From Thermoanaerobaculia bacterium (GTDB taxonomy: Bacteria; Acidobacteriota; Thermoanaerobaculia; Thermoanaerobaculales; Sulfomarinibacteraceae): a stretch of 64,000 nt of DNA. A program made the translations under genes and the position numbers. The stretch lies in NCBI GenBank assembly GCA_027067575.1, contig JAMOVQ010000179.1:8885-72884 (forward strand), given 5' to 3'. Below are positions 1-9,100 of the stretch, piece after piece. Positions within the stretch are counted from its first letter, which is position 1; every line of letters begins with the position of its first letter. The notes beneath the pieces are model-generated. The model worked only from the letters and a program-made list of their open reading frames with translations. It ran no database searches and was not told the origin of the DNA.

Positions 1-1082
1 CGCTTGACCGCCGTGTACAGCGCGTTGGACTTGGGCGCCAGGGCGAGGTAGACCGCACACTGCGCCAGCGCCAGGTCGCACTCCGGCATCCCCACGTGCT
101 CCACGGCGTGGGCCGCTGCCGCCGCCTGCTGGAGCGCCCGCGGATCCGCCATCCCCACGTCCTCCGACGCGATCCGGAGCAGACGCCGGGCGATGAACCG
201 CGGGTCGGCCCCGCCCTCCAGCATCCGGACGAGCCAGTACAGCGCGGCGTCCACGTCGGAGTTCCGGACCGACTTGTGGAGCGCCGAGATCAGGTCGTAG
301 TGCGCCTCGCCGCCCTTGTCGTAGACGGCCACGGCCTCCTGGACCGCCCGCTCCACCGTGGCCGGATCGACCGTTCCATCGCCCGTCGTCCGGGCGAGTC
401 CCGCCGCGACCTCCAGCGTGTTCAGGGCCTGCCGGGCGTCCCCGGCGGCCATCCGCGCAATGGTCTCCAGCGCCGCGCCCTCCACCACGACCCCCGAACC
501 GCCGAGCCCCCGTTCGGGATCGTCCAGCGCGCGGCGCAACACCGTCAGGAGGGCCTCCTCCCCCAGGGGGTCCAGGGTGTAGACCGTCAGCCGCGAGAGC
601 AGGGCCCTGTTGAGCTCGCAGGAGGGGTTCTCCGTCGTCGCGCCGATCAGCACGATGTCGCCCGACTCGACGTACGGGAGGAAGGCGTCCTGCTGCGCCT
701 TGTTGAACCGGTGGATCTCATCCACGAACAGGACGGTGCGCCCGCCGCCGGCCCGCCGGTTCCGCTGCGCCCGGGCCATGATCTCCCGCGCCTCCCGGAC
801 CCCGGAGAGCACGGCGGAGAACCGGACCATCTCCCAGCCCACCGCCGAAGCCAGGATCCTGGCGATGGTGGTCTTGCCCGTGCCCGGCGGCCCCCACAGG
901 ACCATGGACGGCAGCTCCCCCGCCTCGGCGAACGTCCGGAACGGCCCCCCAGGCCCCGTCAGCCGTTCCTGTCCGACGACCTCGTCCAGCGTCCGGGGCC
1001 GCATCCGGTCGGCCAGCGGCGGCCGCGTGCCCCCGTCGAACAGGCCGCCCGCCCGCTCTCCCTCCGTCCCCCTACCCTGCAT
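1..1082 (-). CDS. rarA: Replication-associated recombination protein A (RarA/MgsA AAA+ ATPase); C-terminal part lies beyond the window edge
   Basis: Absent from the ORF track because it runs off the edge. Reverse translation from ATG at 1082 gives [41 protein letters not shown]. Walker A is [17 protein letters not shown] (about 841-900). Walker B region is [13 protein letters not shown] (about 700-740). Confidence 0.85.
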   Translation of the reverse strand, partial: MQGRGTEGERAGGLFDGGTRPPLADRMRPRTLDEVVGQERLTGPGGPFRTFAEAGELPSMVLWGPPGTGKTTIARILASAVGWEMVRFSAVLSGVREAREIMARAQRNRRAGGGRTVLFVDEIHRFNKAQQDAFLPYVESGDIVLIGATTENPSCELNRALLSRLTVYTLDPLGEEALLTVLRRALDDPERGLGGSGVVVEGAALETIARMAAGDARQALNTLEVAAGLARTTGDGTVDPATVERAVQEAVAVYDKGGEAHYDLISALHKSVRNSDVDAALYWLVRMLEGGADPRFIARRLLRIASEDVGMADPRALQQAAAAAHAVEHVGMPECDLALAQCAVYLALAPKSNALYTAVK

Positions 1083-1377
1083 CGGGCCGGTCCCCCGGGG
1101 AGCTGTCCCCACGCTGCGCAGCCTCCCGGCACGCCTCCCCGCAGTAGCGGCCCGAACGGCCGGCGACGAGCCAGCTCTCCGGAACGTGGACCCCGCACCG
1201 GTCGCACGGCGCCAGCGTCTCGCCCTCGTCCCGGAAGCGGTCCCGTCGCCGGGCCGAGAACCGGGAGAAGTCGTCCGCCCGGGCCGCGGTCCTCCTCTGC
1301 CGGTTCCCCACGGCGACGAGGATCCGCCACAGGACGTAAAGGATGACGATCAGGACGAGGAGGCGGCGCGGCACCAT
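1072..1377 (-). CDS. Small membrane-anchored zinc-ribbon protein (N-terminal TM helix, CDRCG...YCGEAC; PP0621-like)
   Basis: 101-aa ORF. Hydrophobic N-terminus [18 protein letters not shown], then a C-x2-C ... C-x3-C motif. Its stop overlaps the rarA start by 11 nt. Confidence 0.6.
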   Translation of the reverse strand: MVPRRLLVLIVILYVLWRILVAVGNRQRRTAARADDFSRFSARRRDRFRDEGETLAPCDRCGVHVPESWLVAGRSGRYCGEACREAAQRGDSSPGDRPDAG

Positions 1378-1386
1378 GACCCCTTC

Positions 1387-2007
1387 TCAACCGTTTCCGC
1401 CGAGCTCCTTCTGGAGTCCGGAGAGGTCGGGAACCTGGGGGTTCTCCTGCTTCAGGCGCTCGAGGGCTGCGAGGACCTTCCGGGCCTCGTCGTGCCGGTG
1501 GAGGTCGAAGTGCAGCACCACGACCTTGTTGAACAGCGCCTGCCACTTCCCGGGATCGATGGCGATGGCGCGGTCGAGCAGCTCCAGCGCCCGCTCGGGC
1601 TCGTGGAGGTTCCGGTAGCACACGGCGAGGTCCGTCAGAAGCGACGCGTCGTCCGGCCGCGACTGCCGGGCGGCCTCGTACGCCTCCCGGGCGTCCTTCC
1701 AGCGGCCGGCGTCGAAGTAGAGGTTGCCGAGCGCCACGAGGAGGTCCGGGTCACCGGGCCGTTTCCGCAGCGCCGCCTCGAGCTGGCCGACCTGTTCCGC
1801 CAGCGCCGGATCCTCGCCGGCGGGCGCGGCGGAACCAGCATCACCCACTGGTGGGTGCCCCGGCGGAACGGCTCCGGTCTCGTCCCCGGCCATCCCCTTC
1901 ATCATGGCCCGTGCCGGCGGCACGGGCTGGAGCTCCGCCAGAGCGTACCCCACCACGAGCCCCACCATCGCTCCAAGGATCAGGTTGAACCACCACGTCT
2001 TGAACAT
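1387..2007 (-). CDS. TPR-repeat protein with N-terminal membrane anchor
   Basis: Start chosen at internal ATG 2007 (MFKTWWFNLILGAMVGLVVGYAL). TPR-like repeats follow (LVALGNLYFDAGRWKDAREAYEAA..., LTDLAVCYRNLHEPERALELLDRAIAIDP). The upstream part of the 269-aa ORF is Arg-rich with no recognisable motif. Confidence 0.7.
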   Translation of the reverse strand: MFKTWWFNLILGAMVGLVVGYALAELQPVPPARAMMKGMAGDETGAVPPGHPPVGDAGSAAPAGEDPALAEQVGQLEAALRKRPGDPDLLVALGNLYFDAGRWKDAREAYEAARQSRPDDASLLTDLAVCYRNLHEPERALELLDRAIAIDPGKWQALFNKVVVLHFDLHRHDEARKVLAALERLKQENPQVPDLSGLQKELGGNG

Positions 2008-2056
2008 GCCGCTCGACCTCTCGTCTCTCCGCGGCCGGTCCCCCGGCCGTCCGATG

Positions 2057-2815
2057 TCATTCTTCGCCGATAACGTCCTCGCTCCCGCGGATCTTCCGCG
2101 CGACCCACGTGCCGCTCGACGGCAACCCCGCCGAGAGGTTCGTGGCCTCCCAGGTTCCCTGGATCCGCGGCGGATCCTCGTCCGCGAACAGCTCACCGTA
2201 GAAGATCGCCGCGAAACCGAGCTGGGAGTCGATCCGCTCCAGCCGGAGCTTTCCGGAGACCAGGGTCCCCTTCAGGGAACCGTACCACCCCCCGGACAGC
2301 GTGTAGACGCCGGTGACAAGGGTCCCGTCCAGCTCGAGCTGGACCTCGCCCTCCATGTCACCCGGCTCCACGGTCAGCGTCCACCGCCCGCTCAGCGGGT
2401 CCTCGGCCTCCTCCCCGCCGCGACGCAACGCGTCGAGCTTCCGTTCGAGGAGGTCGATCTCCTCCTCGAGCGCGAGGAGGCCCGACCGGAGCTCCCGGGC
2501 CTGTCCGATCACCGCGACCAGCTCCGCCTCGGCGAGCCGCAGGTCGTTTTCCCGCAGCTGGAGACTCTGGAGGCTTTCACCCTCCTCGTGCGCCCTTGCG
2601 AGGTCCGACGACAGATGAGCGACCCGTGCCCAGGCCTGATCGAGGTCCGTCTGGATATCCTCGAGCGCCTTGAGCCGTCCCGTGAGGAGCTCCCTGTCGA
2701 GCTTCAACCGGAGCTCGAGCTGGCCGGCCATCCCACCCGAACCCGCCACCGCAACCGCTGTGGAGGCAAGGAGGACTACCGCCATCGAGCAGAAAACACG
2801 CCGTACCATCTGCAC
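2057..2815 (-). CDS. Secreted coiled-coil protein of unknown function
   Basis: Signal-peptide-like N-terminus (MAVVLLASTAVAVAGSGG). A long heptad-like Leu/Glu-rich segment is followed by a beta-rich C-terminus (GTLVTGVYTLSGGWYGSLKGTLVSGKL). Confidence 0.6.
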   Translation of the reverse strand: MQMVRRVFCSMAVVLLASTAVAVAGSGGMAGQLELRLKLDRELLTGRLKALEDIQTDLDQAWARVAHLSSDLARAHEEGESLQSLQLRENDLRLAEAELVAVIGQARELRSGLLALEEEIDLLERKLDALRRGGEEAEDPLSGRWTLTVEPGDMEGEVQLELDGTLVTGVYTLSGGWYGSLKGTLVSGKLRLERIDSQLGFAAIFYGELFADEDPPRIQGTWEATNLSAGLPSSGTWVARKIRGSEDVIGEE

Positions 2816-2920
2816 CCTCCGTCCCGGCCGGACGCACCGCCCCGTTCCGGCCTGGCGAGAACTGCGCGAACCGCCCCCGCCCTGCCTCCGAACGCCGGGA
2901 GTCCGCCGTCCACACCGGCG

Positions 2921-3430
2921 CTACGAATCCGCCTCCTCCACACCCTGCCGTTCCCGGATCGCCTCGTCGATCTCCCGTTCCACGTCCTCGACGTTCCGCC
3001 CCTCGACCTCGGCGACCTCGTAGACGAGAAGCTGCCGCGCATGGTCAAACATCTTCCGTTCCCTAAACGACAGCGATTTCCGGGATGCCACCCTCGTCAA
3101 GCAGAGGATGACGTCCACCACGGCCTCGAGGTCGCCGGTCTTCAGGCGGTCGAGATTCGCCTTGTACCGGTCCTTCCAGTCCCCGTCGCCGCTGGCCGCG
3201 CGGTCCCGCAACCGGTCCATCACCTTCCGGACATGTTCGCGGGCCGACAGGGGTCTCAGCCCGACCCGATCGCTGTTGGCGACGGGCACCATGACGCGGG
3301 AGTTCGTGCTCAGGAGTCTCAGGTTGTAGCAACGAACGGCCTCCCCGAGGAACTCCTGGGTCGTGATGCTCTCCACCACCGACACGCCCTGCGTCGGATA
3401 CACGACCATGTCACCGACCTCGAACTCCAC
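2921..3430 (-). CDS. carD: CarD/CdnL-family RNA-polymerase-binding transcription factor
   Basis: The sequence FEVGDMVVYPTQGVSVVESI...YYNLRL-type N-terminal domain plus a helical C-terminus is typical of CarD_CdnL_TRCF. GTG start at 3430 is preceded by GGAAAGGGGG. Confidence 0.8.
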   Translation of the reverse strand: MEFEVGDMVVYPTQGVSVVESITTQEFLGEAVRCYNLRLLSTNSRVMVPVANSDRVGLRPLSAREHVRKVMDRLRDRAASGDGDWKDRYKANLDRLKTGDLEAVVDVILCLTRVASRKSLSFRERKMFDHARQLLVYEVAEVEGRNVEDVEREIDEAIRERQGVEEADS

Positions 3431-3843
3431 GGGAGACCCCCTTTCCGATCGATTGTACCGAAGCACCCCGGCGATCGCCAGCGCCACGCCGCAGCCGCGC
3501 ACAACCGGCCTGACGGGGAGTGAACCGGCGGCCGGCCCGGGGCTTGCCCTCGCCTCCGTCGCCGGACCGCCCCCGCCCCCACGCCGGCCCGTTCCTCGTG
3601 GGGCGCTCGATCGCTGGATGGCGAAGGACTCCGTTGTGGGGACAGTCCCGATCGTGAAGGGCCTGGTTCACTGAGGCGCCAATCGGGACGTCGCTTCGCT
3701 CGTCCCTGGGGACCCGGAGAAGGCGAGGGTGAGTATTTCCGGCGCTCCTCGTGGAGCCGGAATCGATCCCGGCCGTTCCCGCACGCGCCCTCGGCGACGT
3801 CTGCGGCCTCACCTCCGGCCCTGTCGTCAACGTCGATGATTTC

Positions 3844-3852
3844 TGGTATGAT
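3844..3852 (+). promoter_or_regulatory. Putative extended -10 promoter (TGgTATGAT) about 230 nt upstream of the LRR gene
   Basis: TGGTATGAT at 3844-3852 lies in an unusually AT-richer patch. The -35 is weak (TCGTCA). The predicted TSS near 3859 would give a long leader to ATG 4081. Confidence 0.3.
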
Positions 3853-4080
3853 CCAGAGAACAAACGGTTGCAGCATGGCAACGAGAATGATCGGACGGTC
3901 CTTCGCTGACGGCCAGCGCATCGTGACGGCAACACGGCGCTGGTGTGGGGGACGTCCGCGAGAGAACCGGCCGGGCCGTCTCCCCCGGACCTCATTCGCG
4001 AGGTCCAATGACACCCGGACCGGGAGGCGGAACCGTCCCCGCAGGGGAAGCGGGCGGCGAACGGCACGAGGGAGGACGGC

Positions 4081-5829
4081 ATGGGCAGAAAAGAATGGGC
4101 GATCGTTGCACTGGCCGCCATGGCACTGCTCCCAGCGGTGGGAATCGAGGCGGCAATTCCGCAGTCCGAGCGCGATGCGCTGATGGCGCTCTACACCGCC
4201 ACGAACGGCGACTCATGGGGAAACAACGACGGCTGGGGTGGTGCAGCCGGTACCGAATGCACGTGGCACGGAGTCACGTGCGACGCCGGGGAGACCACCG
4301 TCATCGGGATCGACCTCTCGTCGACCCAACTGGACGGGGCGATCCCCCCAGAGATCGGCGACCTGACGAACCTCGAGATCCTCGATCTCTCCTTCGGTCA
4401 CCTCCCCGCGCCGATCCCGGTCGAGATCGGAGATCTCACACACCTCGTGGAGCTGCGTCTTAGCGGCGTCCAGGCATCGGAGGAGATCCCGCCCGTGATC
4501 GGCGACCTGCCCGTCCTGGAGGTCCTCGACCTGTCCTGGAACTACCTCACCGGCGCGATCCCGCCCGAGCTCGGCAACCTCTCGACTCTGCGGGAGCTGT
4601 ACTTGAACACCTGCCGGCTGACGGGTGAGATCCCGGCCCAGCTCGGGAACCTCGGAAACCTCGAGGTGCTCTTCCTCGGGTGGAACCGGGGACTGAGCGG
4701 CCCCATTCCGCCAGAGCTGGGCAATCTCGCCGCCCTGACCACGCTCGAATTGGGGGACAACCTGCTGACTGGCCCCATCCCGGTCGAGCTCGGGAACCTC
4801 TCGAACCTTGAGACGCTGAGCCTCTATCGGAACCACCTCCGGGGGACGATCCCCCGGCAGCTCAGCAACCTCACCAACTTGATCAGACTGGACCTTCTCG
4901 GCAACCGCCTGAGCGGACCGATCCCGCCCGAACTGGGAAACCTTCCGAACCTCGTGTCGCTCACCCTCTCCGAGAACGGGTTGAGCGGACCGATCCCGCC
5001 TGAGCTCGCCGGCCTCCCCAGCCTGGAGCGGCTCTCGCTTCTCAAGAACCGGCTCTCGGGTGAAATCCCGTCGGAGCTCGCCGGCCTCTCGACCCTCACC
5101 TACTTGTCGCTGGCATCCAACCTGCTGACTGGCCCCATTCCGGCAGAGCTCGGCGATCTGGAGAACCTCGAACACATCTACCTGGAAGGGAACCAGCTGA
5201 CGGGTGAGATCCCGGGAACCCTGGCGAACCTCAGTGCTCTGGCCGACGAAGCGTCCAACATCGGGTGGAACGGCCTTCACACGACAGACGAGGCCCTTGC
5301 CGAGTTTCTGGACCGGAAGAGCACCGGCTGGCGCTCGACCCAGACCGTGTGGCCGGAGAACATCACGGCCGGTAACGGCACCGTGTGCTCCGTAGAACTG
5401 ACCTGGGATGCGGTCGCCTACACAGCCGACGCCGGCGGATACCGGATCGAGACGGCCACCTCGGCCTCGGGCCCTTGGGAGGAGGCCGACGTCTTCGTGC
5501 CGTCCAAGACCACCACATCGGTGGCCGTGACCGGACTCGCCCCTGGGACGACGTACTGGTTCAGGGTCCGCAGCTACACCTTGCCCCACGACCACAACCC
5601 GGGCACGGTGCTCGGCGACCCCTCTCCCGCCGTCCAGGCCACCACGCTCCCGACCGGCGACCTGATCGACGGCGATGTGGACGGCGACACGAGCACCGAC
5701 GTGGGCGATCTCTCGGCGCTGCTCGGCTACCTGTACGGTCCCGAGCCGACGTACCGACCCGACGTGGACTGCGGCGGTGATGTCAACGCCGGGGATCTGT
5801 CGGATCTGGTCAGACTGCTCGGGCCCTGA
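4081..5829 (+). CDS. Secreted plant-type leucine-rich-repeat protein with FN3-like domain and C-terminal dockerin-like module
   Basis: SD GGGAGGA precedes the ATG, and the N-terminus looks like a signal peptide (AIVALAAMALLPAVGIEA). The cap ERDALMALYTATNGDSWGNNDGW...CTWHGVTCD resembles LRRNT_2. About 13 tandem 24-aa LxxLxxLxLxxNxLtGxIPxELG repeats follow. An FN3-like segment (ELTWDAVAYTADAGGYRIE...TTYWFRVRSY) comes next. Two Ca-binding dockerin-like repeats end the protein (DVDGDTSTDVGDLSALLGYL; DVDCGGDVNAGDLSDLVRLL). Confidence 0.85.
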   Translation: MGRKEWAIVALAAMALLPAVGIEAAIPQSERDALMALYTATNGDSWGNNDGWGGAAGTECTWHGVTCDAGETTVIGIDLSSTQLDGAIPPEIGDLTNLEILDLSFGHLPAPIPVEIGDLTHLVELRLSGVQASEEIPPVIGDLPVLEVLDLSWNYLTGAIPPELGNLSTLRELYLNTCRLTGEIPAQLGNLGNLEVLFLGWNRGLSGPIPPELGNLAALTTLELGDNLLTGPIPVELGNLSNLETLSLYRNHLRGTIPRQLSNLTNLIRLDLLGNRLSGPIPPELGNLPNLVSLTLSENGLSGPIPPELAGLPSLERLSLLKNRLSGEIPSELAGLSTLTYLSLASNLLTGPIPAELGDLENLEHIYLEGNQLTGEIPGTLANLSALADEASNIGWNGLHTTDEALAEFLDRKSTGWRSTQTVWPENITAGNGTVCSVELTWDAVAYTADAGGYRIETATSASGPWEEADVFVPSKTTTSVAVTGLAPGTTYWFRVRSYTLPHDHNPGTVLGDPSPAVQATTLPTGDLIDGDVDGDTSTDVGDLSALLGYLYGPEPTYRPDVDCGGDVNAGDLSDLVRLLGP

Positions 5830-5904
5830 CGTGGCACCCTTGGGCCGTCGCGCTCACCGTCCGGGAATCATGGGCCATCCTCCTGACAGCGGCGATCCTC
5901 CCAC

Positions 5905-6047
5905 GTCCCGCCCCGGGTGCACCGGCGCAACCCCTGCGATCATTGCATGAGTCCTGGAGCCCCCCAACTGCGGGATTCTGGGTGTCTCTTGCCAGCCTGT
6001 CCAACCTCACGGCCGGTGAAGGGCGAAGGGCGCGGCTGTGAAAATCC
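5905..6047 (+). repeat. Intergenic repeat, copy A (paralogous to 48125-48256)
   Basis: Shares GTCCCGCCCC...CACCG...CATG...CCCCAACTGCGGGAT(T/C)CTGGGTGTC(T/C)CTTG(C/A)CA...GGCGCGGC with copy B in the same orientation. The near-identical core is at 5961-5995. An indel between the copies breaks any common reading frame. Confidence 0.5.
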
Positions 6048-6142
6048 GAGTATCCCTGCCCACCTATGCCAATTGCGATCAGGAAATGAACCCGGTCTCC
6101 CGCTGCCTTCTTGGGCCGGAGAAAGGAGAGAGTTCGCGGGAC

Positions 6143-9100
6143 TCAGAAGACCTGCCCGATCCCGAAATAGACGTGGAGCCCGGAGCTGATTCCCTTGTGT
6201 GCGACGGGGATGGCGAGGTCGAGCCGGAGGGGTCCGAGGGGCGTGCCCCAACGGATGCCGATTCCAGCCCCGGTGGACAGCCGGAGATCGGCGTCGGACC
6301 AGCGCTCCCATACCTGGCCTGCGTCGAGGAACACCACCCCACGAAGCGTTCCGGTGATGGGAAACCGGATTTCGTTGTTGAGCACGAGAAGCGCTCCGCC
6401 ACCCGCCGGGGAGCAGCGGCCGAAAAAGCAGCCGACCGGCCCTACCCAGTCCCGCTCGAACCCGCGGATCGACCACTCGCCACCCGCGTAGAAGCGGTGC
6501 GTCGGGTCGAGCACGCCCCGGAGTGCGCGGGCCGCACCAAGGCGGACGCCGAGGGCGGCGGTCCACCGGCGCCGCGGTTCGGTGGCCAGGGAGAATGTGG
6601 TCATGGTCCGCGCCGCACGAAGGTCCGACCCGAGCAGTCCGCCGCTGTACGAACCGTCCACGGAGAGGAACCACCCGTGCCGTGGATCGAGCAGATCGTC
6701 CCGCCGGTCCAGGATGAGCTGCCCACCCAGGCTGGCCACGGTCACCGTCAGATCCAGGGGGAAGAACGGGTCGGGATCCTTCTCGTACAGGTGGGACCGC
6801 TCCCGCTGGAGGTAGATCCGGATCTCGTCCCGTCCACCCCGTTCGAGCCATCCTTCGAGGCTGAACAGCCCGGTCCGCTCGATCCGCGAACCCCGTTCGG
6901 TGTGCGTGAACGTCGTGGAGAACGCCAGGTGGAACCGTCCGCCCGGGGCCGGCGGCAGGCCGAACAAAAGCTGGCCGAGCCGGTCCTTCGAGCCCCACCG
7001 CATCCGGAACCGCGCGCTGACACCACGCCCGAACAGGTTCTCGTCGTCGAGCTCGAGCAGCAGCTGGCTCCCACGGTCGGAGCTCCACCGCACGCCGGTT
7101 CCGGCAGTCCAGCGGGGACGCTCCCGAAGGTCGATGAGCACGTCCGTCATCCCGCCGTCCCGGGTCTCGGTCCGGGCGGTCACTCGCGAGACGGGCGGGA
7201 ACGCACCGATCCGGGCCATGGACTCGTCGAGGGCGCTCTCACGGAGCGGTTCCCCCGTCCGGAGAACGACACCCTTGCGCAACACGCTCTCGCGGGTCTG
7301 CCGCGCCCCCCGGAACCGGATCGTACCCACGACCCGCTGGACACCCGGCTCCAGCTCGATCGTTACCGTCCCATCATCCGGACCGGATGGTCGCCGGATA
7401 CGCACCTGCACGTCGATGTACCCTGCCTCACGGTACCGTTCGAGGAGTGTCCTCCGTGCAGCCGACAGGGCCCTGCGGCAGAGACACGCGCCGGGGCGCA
7501 GAGCAAAGTCCGGAGAGCCGACCACACCGAGCGGATCCTCCCCGACGAGTCTGACCTCCCGGACGAGAACCTCGGGACCGGGGTCCACCGTGACGCGGAC
7601 CCGCCCCTCGTGCTTCCCGTCGCGGACGAGCTCCACGTCCCGGATCCGTGCGCCCGGGCGGCCCTCACCCGCCAGCGTCGCCCGTAGCCGCGCCAGCGCC
7701 TCCTCCCGGCCCGCGAGGAGCGCCGCGAGGTCGGCGGGCGCGGTCCACCACCGGGCGACTCCACGGGCCACGTCCGGATGCAGACCGGAAATCTCCAGAC
7801 CCATAAGCTCCAGACGCTTCCCCCGCTCGGTCCGGATGACGATCTCCCCGTCCTCCCGTGACACGGTCACCCGCGCATCCGGCCAGCCGTGGGCAGCGAA
7901 CCACCGCCTGACAGCCTCCCGCATCGCCTGGAAGGAGACTGTGTCCGGAAGGGCGGGCGTCCAGAGGGCCACGACGCTTCGCCGGGTGGCCTTGTCCGGT
8001 CTCCTGCCCTCCCAGCGGACGACGACCCGATCGCCCGCCTGGCAGCGGAACGTCACGACCCGTTTCTCCGGAGGTCCGGTCACCTCGACGGTCACCCGGG
8101 CGTCAGGGTAGCCGTACCCGGCGAGCTCGCGCTCCAGGCGGACCCTGGACGCGAACGCCATGAACGGTTCCCACCGTTGTCCGGCGAAAAGCCCGAGCCT
8201 CGCCCGGACGGTCCACTTCGAGAGTGGCCACTCCCCTTCCAGCCGGATCTTCCGGATCCGCTCGCCGGCATCCTCCTCGTCGGGCGAGCCACCCCACCGC
8301 ATCCGTTCGAGGACCGCCCAGCCGTCGCTCTCCGTGCTGCTGGAGATCCACTGCCCGTACAGGCCGGGGATGCCCATCTCACCGACCTGGACGATCTGGG
8401 TGGTGTCCTGGGTGTCCGCGAGGTTCGTCGTGAAGAAGTAGCTCAGATGCTTGCCGAAGCGGCGCCCCAGCGTCAGCCGCCGGGCCGGGTCGGTCTCGGT
8501 CTCGGCCGCCACCTCGACGGGGTCGATGGCCGTACTCTCGAACCCGAACAGACGTCCCATGCTCGCCGCGGCGCCCGCCTGGACGATGTCGGCCAGATCC
8601 AGCGTCTCAAGCCCCGCCGAGAGAGACCGGGTGTCGCGGACGACCAATGTGACTTCCGGCTCCTCTCCGGCACCGCCGGGCAGCTCGATCCGTCCCCGGA
8701 CGATGGCGGTGGTCCGTCCCCCGACCCTGATCCGTCCTCCGGGAATCAGCTCCAGGCTCCCCGAGATCATCGGACGCGCCAGTGTCCCTTCCACCTCGAG
8801 CCGGCGCCACGCGAGCTGGAACGTCCCGAGGTTGTTCTCCACGAGGATCCCGTTCCGTCCCCGGACCTCCATCTGGAGATCGATCCGGTCCAGGGGATCG
8901 TCGACGCCGGTGGGAAGCGCGACCCCTCCGGAGGCAAGCTGAAGAAGGTCGAACGGCGTGTCCCACACCCCTCTCACGAGCTCGAGGTCTCCGGCGAGCC
9001 GCACCCGGCCGTCTTCGCCCGGCTCCAGGGCCAGAAGACCGTCCCAGCGAGTGACGATTCCGGGCGGGACGACGAACGCCACATGCTCGAGCTCCGCAAC

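Noticed and set aside
96-2073. Long + strand ORFs (96-1346, 610-2073) overlapping rarA and its neighbours
   Set aside because: Their translations are Arg/Pro/Gly-rich with no motifs. The opposite strand encodes clear RarA Walker A/B motifs, a zinc-ribbon protein and a TPR protein. They are typical antisense ORFs of high-GC DNA.
4330-5230. Tandem nucleotide repeats suggestive of a CRISPR-like or satellite array
   Set aside because: The periodicity (about 72 nt) is in frame and encodes the 24-residue LRR units of the 4081-5829 gene. There are no spacer-like unique segments and no cas genes in the window.
5975-5995. Sigma54-type promoter in the repeat core (CTGGGTGTCTCTTGCC; copy B CTGGGTGTCCCTTGAC)
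   Set aside because: The GG and (T)TGC elements are separated by one nucleotide less than the canonical GG-N10-GC spacing. Copy B has GA instead of GC at -12. No enhancer-binding protein with a sigma54 AAA+ domain is nearby.
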